A stretch of 64,000 nucleotides of DNA from an uncultured bacterium (lineage in GTDB: Bacteria > Krumholzibacteriota > Krumholzibacteriia > Krumholzibacteriales > Krumholzibacteriaceae), in the NCBI GenBank assembly GCA_964599375.1, contig CAZREW010000002.1:119846-183845 (forward strand). The letters run 5' to 3'. The position numbers and the translations under genes are program-made. The notes under the pieces are model-generated. The model was not told the origin of the DNA. It saw nothing but the letters and a program-made list of their open reading frames with translations, and made no database searches. This document shows positions 57,466 through 64,000 of this stretch, piece by piece; within the stretch, counting starts at the first letter, position 1, and every line of letters starts with the position of its first letter.

Positions 57466-59424
57466 CTATCCCTTTACCTTCTTCGAGTACTGGTACATGA
57501 AGACTGCAAGAGCCGTTAACATGACTATTGCCACTATCTCGCCGGCCGAGTCACCGTACGAGACGGCGAGGAAACTGTCCCAGCCGGCGGCGGCTATCAC
57601 TGCGGCGACTACGCCGGCTATCGAGCCCCCGGCGATAAACCCCGAGGCCACCAGGATGCCCCGCTCCTTGCGCTCCTTGACGATATTCTCGTCCCTGCTG
57701 CTCCTGCCGACGAACCAGGCTATCACGCCGCCAAGCAGAACGGCCGTGTTGAGCTGGATCGGCAAGTACATCCCGAGCGCGAAGGCCAGGGCCGGCACGC
57801 CAGCCATCCACAGGATCACCGAGATTATCACGCCGAACGAGAAGAGTATCCACTGCACACCCGCTTCGGGCCCCATCAGCCCGAAGATGATCTCCTTCAT
57901 CGCCGAGGCCTGTGGAGCTGGCATCTCCATCGAGCCGAGCGTGTAGGTGTTCGCCAGCAGCATCATCACCAGGGCGCAGAAGACGGCGGAGACCAGGACA
58001 CCGAGAAACTTGAACCTCTGCTGGTTCCTGGGCGTCGATCCGATCCACCGGCCTATCTTCAGGTCGGTCGCGAAGGCGCCGGCCGTCGCGAGCGCGGTGC
58101 ACACGACCCCGCCGACGATCAGAGCGATGAACATACCCGGCTTGCCCGAGAGCCCGAGGCGCGTGAGTATCACGCTCGTTATGATCAGCGTGGTCAGCGT
58201 CATCCCCGATACGGGGTTGGTCCCGATAAGGCCGATCGCCCTCGCGGCGACGAGCGTAAAGAGGAACGAGATGCCGAGGGCAATAAGGATCCCGACCGTA
58301 GCTACAAGGCTGCTGGCCACCCCGCCGCGGAAGAAGAGCCAGAGGCAGACGGCGACCGCGGCGACGCCGATCATCACGTCGCGCATGCTGATGTCGCGCT
58401 CGGTCCTGATGTCAGTGTGGCCCTCGCCCCTCGATGCGGCGATCCCCCTGATACCGAGCACGAACGACCTGCCGATCGACGGGACCGACTTGATGATCCC
58501 CATCAGCCCCGCCCCCGCTATGCCGCCGATGCCTATCAGCCGGACGTAACTTACGAATATGTCGTCCACCGACATCTGCGAGATCGGAATGTCGCCCGGC
58601 GGTATGACCGTCTCGAGCCCGCCGCCGACGAACTTGACCAGCGGTATCAGCACGAGGTACGACAGGAAGCTTCCCGCCGCGATTATCGAGGCGTACTTGA
58701 TCCCGACGATGTAACCGAGGCCGACTATCGCGGAGAGCCCGTCGACGCGGAACGCCATCGAGAACTTCTCCTCTATCCACCGGCCGATGCCGACGGCGTG
58801 GAAGGTGATGACCTCTTTCCACAACGTGAACGTCAATATGCACAGATCGAAAGCGAAAGCGACGAGCGCGGCCCAGGCGAGCGTCTTGGCCTGCTGCCCC
58901 GCGCTCTCACCGGCAACGAGGATCTCGGTGGTAGCCATCGCCTCGGGGAAGGGGAGCTTGCCGTGCTCCTTGACCATCAGGTAGTCGCGAAGAGGTATCA
59001 GGAACAGCACCCCGAGGCACCCGCCGAAGAAGGCGGTCAGGAATATGTGCCAGAAGGTCACATGGATGTCGAGCATGTAGAGGGCAGGGATCGTAAAGAC
59101 AGCTCCGGCCACTACCGCGCTCGACGCTGCTCCTATAGACTGGATGATGACGTTCTCGAGGATCGTGCTCCTTCGCGCGAAGACATTCGCTATCCCGATC
59201 GCGATGATGGCGATCGGTATCGCCGCCTCCATCCCCTGCCCCGTCTTCAGGGCGAGGTAGGCGGAGGCCAGGGAGAACACCATCGCCATGACGACGCCGA
59301 TCGATACCGAACGGGCCGTGATCTCGAACGGCGACTGGCTCGCCGGGACTATCGGATGATAGGTCTCGCCTTCCTTAAGCTCCCTGTATGCCTCGTCAGG
59401 AAGTCTCGTGGGCTGTTCGCTCAT
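57466..59424 (-). CDS. OPT-family oligopeptide transporter
   Basis: 652 aa, about 16 TM; OPT superfamily architecture and conserved N-terminal region (SVSIGVVMAMVFSLASAYLALKTGQG). Confidence 0.9.
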   Translation of the reverse strand: MSEQPTRLPDEAYRELKEGETYHPIVPASQSPFEITARSVSIGVVMAMVFSLASAYLALKTGQGMEAAIPIAIIAIGIANVFARRSTILENVIIQSIGAASSAVVAGAVFTIPALYMLDIHVTFWHIFLTAFFGGCLGVLFLIPLRDYLMVKEHGKLPFPEAMATTEILVAGESAGQQAKTLAWAALVAFAFDLCILTFTLWKEVITFHAVGIGRWIEEKFSMAFRVDGLSAIVGLGYIVGIKYASIIAAGSFLSYLVLIPLVKFVGGGLETVIPPGDIPISQMSVDDIFVSYVRLIGIGGIAGAGLMGIIKSVPSIGRSFVLGIRGIAASRGEGHTDIRTERDISMRDVMIGVAAVAVCLWLFFRGGVASSLVATVGILIALGISFLFTLVAARAIGLIGTNPVSGMTLTTLIITSVILTRLGLSGKPGMFIALIVGGVVCTALATAGAFATDLKIGRWIGSTPRNQQRFKFLGVLVSAVFCALVMMLLANTYTLGSMEMPAPQASAMKEIIFGLMGPEAGVQWILFSFGVIISVILWMAGVPALAFALGMYLPIQLNTAVLLGGVIAWFVGRSSRDENIVKERKERGILVASGFIAGGSIAGVVAAVIAAAGWDSFLAVSYGDSAGEIVAIVMLTALAVFMYQYSKKVKG

Positions 59425-59636
59425 ATTCCTTCCTTTCTCGTCATCCCCGTCTTTAATGCCGTTTGAAACAGTATTTTCTGGAAACTAGCACCGCCGGGGC
59501 CGGCCGGTAAAGCAGATATTGGCTGTAACGAGGCCTCAGGCCGTTTTGTTGTACCCAAACAGCCCTGGCGCATGTATAATCCATCCCGCAACAGGTTCCC
59601 CGAAGTATCCCGCATTTCAACGGAAGGAGCGTCGAT

Positions 59637-61766
59637 ATGATCAGGTCCGGAAGGCTGAACTTCCTGACGGCGCTGGTGTTATCCCTGATGATAGTACCGG
59701 CGCTTTCCGCTTTCATGGCGCCTGCCTCGGCAGCCGTCGTCTCAGCTGAGGACATGCTCAGCGTCAAGAGAAGCTACTACGCCGATATAAGCCCCGATGG
59801 AAACTGGATCGCCTACACCCTGAGCGTCCCTCGCGACGCGAATGAGGAAGCAGGCGGAGCTTACAGCGAGCTCTACCTCGTCTCGACCAGGACAGGCGAG
59901 ATACTCCCGTTCATCACAGGCAAGGTAAATATAGGCTCGCCCCTCTTCAGCCCCGACGGCAGGAAGGTCGGCTTTACGATGAGCCGCGGCGAGAAGGCGA
60001 AGACGCAGGTCTGGATGATCCCGGTCAACGGCGGCGAGGCGGTCCAGGTCACCGACTCTAAGACCGGCGCGGGGACCTTCCGCTGGCTCCCCGACGGGAG
60101 CGGCGTCGCCTGGCTCGAGATGGAACCCGAGCCGGAGATCGAGAAGACGCTAGACAAGATGGGATACGGGTTCATCTACTACGAGGAGAATATCCGGAAC
60201 CGCGAGCTCTACATCGGAAGGTTCGGTGCGCCTGGAGAGAAGGTAAAAGGCGAGAAGGTCACAGAGGGGATCCACGTAGTCGATTTCGAGATCAGCCCCG
60301 ACGGGAAGCTAGCCGCGATCTCCTCCTGCCCGCTTAACCTCATAGACCAGATCTACATGTTCAAGAAGATATTCATAGTGGACCTGGCGACGGGAAGAAC
60401 GCGCCGCCTGACCGACAATCCCGGCAAGCTCGGCACCTTCGCCTTCAGCCCCGACGGCAGGAAGCTCGCCTACGTCGCCGCGCTGACGCAGTCAGACCAC
60501 GCGGTCAGCCAGGCGTACGTCGTCGACGTCGCGGGCAGTATGCCGCTGAGCCTCACGCCGGAAAACTTCCGCGGACACATCAGCTGGGTCGGCTGGGAGA
60601 ACAGCGGCACGGTCTGCTACCTCGCCGGCGAGGGAGTGTGGAACACGCTTAGCACCGTCCCGGCAAGAGGCGGCAAGCGAAAGGTCATCCTGGACAGCGA
60701 GAAGACGGGGATCGTCTTTGGTGCGCCGCACTACACGAAGGATTTCAGGGATTTCGCCTTCACGGCCTCATCGCCTGACATCCCCGGCGACGTCTTCTAC
60801 TGGAAGAAGGGGGACAAGGAGCTGCGGCGGCTTACGACCTTCAACCCCTGGATAGCCGAACGCGAGCTCGGCCGCCAGGAGGTCGTAACCTACAAGGCCA
60901 GAGACGACCTCGATATCGAGGGCATCCTCGTCTATCCGGTCGGATACGAGGAAGGCAAGCGCTATCCTCTGATCGTCACCGTCCACGGCGGGCCCGAATC
61001 GCACTACAGCAACACATGGCTCGGCTCCTACTTCCACCCCGCACAGGCGCTTGCCGGCAAGGGATACGTGGTCTTCTACCCCAACTACAGGGCAAGCACC
61101 GGTTACGGCGTCGAGTTCGCCGCGCAGGGGTACGAGGACGCCGCGGGCAGGGAATTCGACGACTGCGCCGACGCGATAGACTTCCTCGTCGAAAAGGGGA
61201 TCGCCGATGGCTCCCGCGTCGGGCTCGGCGGCGGCTCATACGGAGGGTTCGCCGCGGCATGGTTCGCATCATACTATACGGACAAGGTCAGAGCCGTCTG
61301 CATGTTCGTCGGTATAAGCGATCTGATCAGCAAGCGCGGCACGACCGACATCCCGTACGAGGAGCTCTACGTCCACTCGGGCAGAAAGCTCGACGCGGAC
61401 TGGGACCAGTGGGAGTTCAGCCTCAAACGCAGCCCGATATTCTGGGCCCACCAGAGCAAGACGGCCGTGCTGATAATCGGCGGAGCGGCCGACACGAGGG
61501 TCGATCCCTCGCAGTCCCTCGAATTCCACAGGCGTCTCAAGATGAACGGCCACCCTGCGGTCCGCCTCGTGCAGTATCCCGGCGAGGGGCACGGAAACAG
61601 GAAACAGCCGGGCCGTATAGACGTATTATACAGACACATGCAGTGGTACGACTGGTACGTGCGTGACAAGAACCCCCTCGACGGGCCGATGCCCCCGCTC
61701 ATGATATACGAGAGCTACGGCCTCGACCTCGGGGAGGATACAAAAGATGAAGAAGGCGGGGAGTAG
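59637..61766 (+). CDS. secreted S9-family serine peptidase (second copy; beta-propeller + alpha/beta hydrolase)
   Basis: 709 aa; signal peptide; SPDG propeller repeats; catalytic GGSYGGFAAAW, Asp (GGAADTRVD) and His (GEGHG). Confidence 0.9.
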   Translation: MIRSGRLNFLTALVLSLMIVPALSAFMAPASAAVVSAEDMLSVKRSYYADISPDGNWIAYTLSVPRDANEEAGGAYSELYLVSTRTGEILPFITGKVNIGSPLFSPDGRKVGFTMSRGEKAKTQVWMIPVNGGEAVQVTDSKTGAGTFRWLPDGSGVAWLEMEPEPEIEKTLDKMGYGFIYYEENIRNRELYIGRFGAPGEKVKGEKVTEGIHVVDFEISPDGKLAAISSCPLNLIDQIYMFKKIFIVDLATGRTRRLTDNPGKLGTFAFSPDGRKLAYVAALTQSDHAVSQAYVVDVAGSMPLSLTPENFRGHISWVGWENSGTVCYLAGEGVWNTLSTVPARGGKRKVILDSEKTGIVFGAPHYTKDFRDFAFTASSPDIPGDVFYWKKGDKELRRLTTFNPWIAERELGRQEVVTYKARDDLDIEGILVYPVGYEEGKRYPLIVTVHGGPESHYSNTWLGSYFHPAQALAGKGYVVFYPNYRASTGYGVEFAAQGYEDAAGREFDDCADAIDFLVEKGIADGSRVGLGGGSYGGFAAAWFASYYTDKVRAVCMFVGISDLISKRGTTDIPYEELYVHSGRKLDADWDQWEFSLKRSPIFWAHQSKTAVLIIGGAADTRVDPSQSLEFHRRLKMNGHPAVRLVQYPGEGHGNRKQPGRIDVLYRHMQWYDWYVRDKNPLDGPMPPLMIYESYGLDLGEDTKDEEGGE

Positions 61767-61787
61767 AACGCGAAAGCGAGGTAAGTC

Positions 61788-63008
61788 ATGGACCGTGACA
61801 GGAAGGAAATATCGAGGAGATCGTTCCTCGGCCGCGGCATGGCCGGGATCGTCGGGGCCGGCATAGGGATCGCCGGGGCCGGCAGGGTCCTCGGCTCCAC
61901 TCCGGCGCAGGAAAGCGCCAAGGCGGCGAAGCCGCATATCCGTGAGTACAGGCCGCTGGGCTCGACCGGCTGGAAGGTCTCCGACATCTCATTCGGCAAC
62001 GCGAGGATGCAGGACCCCGCCCAGCTCGAGTACGCGATCGAGCGCGGGATAAACTACGTCGACACGGCGCGGCAGTACTTCGACATGGAGGTCGTGATCG
62101 GCAAGCTCTTCCCCGCAAAGCGGGACAAGCTCTTCGTGACTACCAAGCTCGAGCCCGAGGTGTTCACTCCCGAGACGACCGTCGAGCAGATAACGACCGT
62201 GCTGGAGGAGAGCCTCAAGCGCCTGAACACCGACTACATCGACTGCTGCCTGGTCCACTCGGTCGGCGACCCGAACCTCGGGGGACCTGAGAGGACACAG
62301 AACCCGGCGATCCCCGAGGCCTTCGAGAAGGCCAAGAAGGCGGGAAAGATAAGGGCCTGGGGCGCGAGCTCTCACGGCCCGAAGATGGTCGAGGATTTCG
62401 GCTGGCTGATCGACAACACCGGGATAGACATGATCATGCCGGGGATGAACCTTCTCACGAAGGGGCTCGAGCCCCTGCTGGCGAAGGCGAAGCAGAAGGG
62501 CGTCGCCGTGGTCGCGATGAAGAGCCTTTCGGCGGCCAGGAAGATCGACTACTCCGAGTACATGGACGATGGCCGCACGGCGAGGCAGGCGCTGACCAAG
62601 TGGATGCTCTCCCAGCCGAACATCGACACGATCTGCATCTCGATGGGCACAACCGAGGACATCGACGAGCTAGTCGCAGTATCGGGCAGGCCGAAGATGT
62701 CGATGAAAGAGAAGAGGGTGCTCGAGGGATACTGCGGGCTTCTCGGCAGCGACTACTGCAGGCCGGGATGCGACGGGTGCCTCGGCTCGTGCCCGAACGA
62801 CGTTCCGGTGCACGACATCCTCAGGTACAGGCTTTACTTCAACAACTACGGCAGGGAGAAGTACGCGATGAGCATGTACTCGAAGCTGCCCGAGTCGCGC
62901 AGGGCCGGGCAGTGCGCCTCCTGCACCGGGAACTGCACGTCGAGCTGTCCCTACGGGATCGACGTCAGGTCGAAACTGATCAGGGCGCACGCGGAACTTA
63001 CCGTCTGA
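61788..63008 (+). CDS. Tat-exported aldo/keto reductase with C-terminal Fe-S cysteine motifs (COG1453-type oxidoreductase)
   Basis: Twin-arginine motif SRRSFLGRG; AKR TIM-barrel core (IERGINYVDTARQY, LVHSVGDP); C-terminal CRPGCDGCLGSCP ... CASCTGNCTSSCP ferredoxin-like clusters. Confidence 0.85.
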   Translation: MDRDRKEISRRSFLGRGMAGIVGAGIGIAGAGRVLGSTPAQESAKAAKPHIREYRPLGSTGWKVSDISFGNARMQDPAQLEYAIERGINYVDTARQYFDMEVVIGKLFPAKRDKLFVTTKLEPEVFTPETTVEQITTVLEESLKRLNTDYIDCCLVHSVGDPNLGGPERTQNPAIPEAFEKAKKAGKIRAWGASSHGPKMVEDFGWLIDNTGIDMIMPGMNLLTKGLEPLLAKAKQKGVAVVAMKSLSAARKIDYSEYMDDGRTARQALTKWMLSQPNIDTICISMGTTEDIDELVAVSGRPKMSMKEKRVLEGYCGLLGSDYCRPGCDGCLGSCPNDVPVHDILRYRLYFNNYGREKYAMSMYSKLPESRRAGQCASCTGNCTSSCPYGIDVRSKLIRAHAELTV

Positions 63009-63027
63009 CAAGAGGGGGAATAAAGAG

Positions 63028-63807
63028 ATGAGGATATCAGGAATCAAAACTCTGCCGGCCCTTCTGGCCGCGTGCTGCCTCGTGATCTCGGCCGTCCACT
63101 TCGCCGGATGCGGCGGCCCGCCGACAGCCGAGAAGCTGATGGAGAGATCGGTCAAGGCCCTCGGGGGAATGGAGAAGGCGACAGGCTGGAAGACATCTGT
63201 GAGCAAAGGGCTGATGACGGCCAACTGGCCCGGCTGGGGAGAGCTCAGGGCCGACTGCACCTATCTGGTCCAGAAGCCGGACAAGATGGTTCTCGACCAG
63301 GACTTCAGCGCCTACGACCATCCGTTCTTCTTCAGGTACACATACAACGCCGGCGACGCGTGGGTGATGGTCAACCTCGGCGTGAGGCAGAACCCCAGGT
63401 ACAACGAGATGCTGGAGAGAGGCCTGCGGACGATCGACGGTGTCGCCTACTATCTCGAAAACTCAGACACGCTATACGTAGTGCCTGACGTAGAGCCTGA
63501 TTCTCTCCTTGCCGGCGCCGACTTTACGAGGGTCGCCGCCGTACAGGGCACCGACACCGTCTTCTTCGACCTGGACAAGAAGACATGGCTCCCGCTGCGC
63601 GCGCTCGACAAGGGCGACCAGGGCGGGTGGAACCACAACATCTTCGACGACTACCGCGCGGTCAACGGCTACCTCGTCCCGTTCCACGAGACGACATACG
63701 TCAACGGCGAGAAGAACCGCGAGATCACGTGGAAGACAATAGAGTTCGACGTGCCGATCGATCCGGCCGAGTTCGAGAAGAACAGGCCGAAACCGCCGGT
63801 GGAGTGA
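63028..63807 (+). CDS. hypothetical lipoprotein
   Basis: Lipobox HFAGCGG; 259 aa; no family recognised. Confidence 0.65.
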   Translation: MRISGIKTLPALLAACCLVISAVHFAGCGGPPTAEKLMERSVKALGGMEKATGWKTSVSKGLMTANWPGWGELRADCTYLVQKPDKMVLDQDFSAYDHPFFFRYTYNAGDAWVMVNLGVRQNPRYNEMLERGLRTIDGVAYYLENSDTLYVVPDVEPDSLLAGADFTRVAAVQGTDTVFFDLDKKTWLPLRALDKGDQGGWNHNIFDDYRAVNGYLVPFHETTYVNGEKNREITWKTIEFDVPIDPAEFEKNRPKPPVE

Positions 63808-63873
63808 CGGCGGGCGGGCTGTAAGAGCCTGCTTTCAGAGGTTCTCAAAATGCGTGGCGGAAATTCTGCAAAA

Positions 63874-63924
63874 GGGGCGAAATGGCTTTTTGCGAAGCCT
63901 TCGCCCCTTTCTATCTGTATTATT
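63874..63924 (+). terminator. rho-independent terminator (GGGGCGAA-loop-TTCGCCCC + TTTCTATCTGTATTATT)
   Basis: Seen in sequence 67 nt past the lipoprotein stop; GC content drops sharply afterwards. Confidence 0.55.
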
Positions 63925-64000
63925 ACCAAGCACATAAATTCTCATACACGTGAGCAGAAACCCTTGGGATTTTGTCACAAATCTTGCAAACTCCGCCGCG

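Noticed and set aside
59546-59580. E. coli-like sigma-70 promoter (TTGTAC ... TGTATAAT) upstream of the second S9 peptidase
   Set aside because: Spacer would be 20 nt (too long), and the organism's promoter rules are unknown. Noted but not called.
1-64000. Search for CRISPR arrays, IS elements, integrases, toxin-antitoxin pairs, restriction-modification or other defence islands
   Set aside because: No direct-repeat/spacer arrays, no transposase, integrase or recombinase ORFs, and no recognisable defence gene families were found. The window looks like core chromosome with metabolic and stress modules.

Overview
This is a high-GC (about 62%) bacterial chromosomal window of roughly 55 densely packed genes. 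The organism is probably an anaerobic, peptide-fermenting diderm of an uncultured lineage. The evidence is outer-membrane-type C-termini, SCGG-type lipoboxes, rubrerythrin/rubredoxin genes, and Buk/Ptb genes. I found no rRNA, CRISPR array, transposase or prophage. Most long ORFs in the six-frame track that lie antisense to these genes are high-GC shadow ORFs.

Main content, left to right:
- A partial GAF/PAS histidine kinase runs off the window start.
- A minus-strand tRNA-Trp(CCA) -> trpS -> tryptophanase-family lyase string is translationally coupled.
- Next come pepD, a YjbQ-family protein and a secreted beta-barrel-like protein paired with an acidic small protein.
- A 565-bp AT-richer noncoding island follows, then a NarL/NarX-type two-component pair (multi-PAS kinase), thi4 and the addB-addA helicase-nuclease pair.
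- A secreted papain-family (C1) cysteine protease has a Cys-rich extension and a C-terminal anchor. A predicted outer-membrane protein lies opposite it.
- An acyl-CoA cluster holds a three-part butyrate kinase-phosphate butyryltransferase fusion, an AcuC/HDAC-type deacylase, and an acyl-CoA transferase fused to a GNAT acetyltransferase.
- A radical-SAM/SAM-methyltransferase pair precedes a 588-aa lipoprotein built from about 13 tandem 40-aa beta-propeller-like repeats. A convergent ABC-2 exporter sits beside it.
- A peptide-use set comprises two S9 peptidases, an OPT transporter and pepD.
- A redox cluster reads: Fur-family (PerR-like) regulator; half-rubrerythrin fused to a PP2C phosphatase; rubrerythrin; a 53-aa rubredoxin that the ORF track missed; a rubrerythrin-like protein; and a GAF histidine-kinase-like protein.
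- An HhH-GPD glycosylase and a nikR-abgT-GT4-ClC string follow.
- Remaining genes are DUF192, a secreted MEMO1-like protein, an MFS transporter, a DhnA/LsrF-type aldolase with a Zn alcohol dehydrogenase, a Tat-exported aldo-keto reductase with Fe-S cysteine motifs, and several lipoproteins.

Several rho-independent terminator hairpins and candidate operators are listed as features.

The strongest candidates for an undescribed system are two. The first is the acyl-CoA-sensing GNAT/deacylase module flanked by the Buk-Ptb fusion. The second is the PerR - rubrerythrin-domain PP2C - rubrerythrin - rubredoxin - GAF-kinase redox-signalling cluster.
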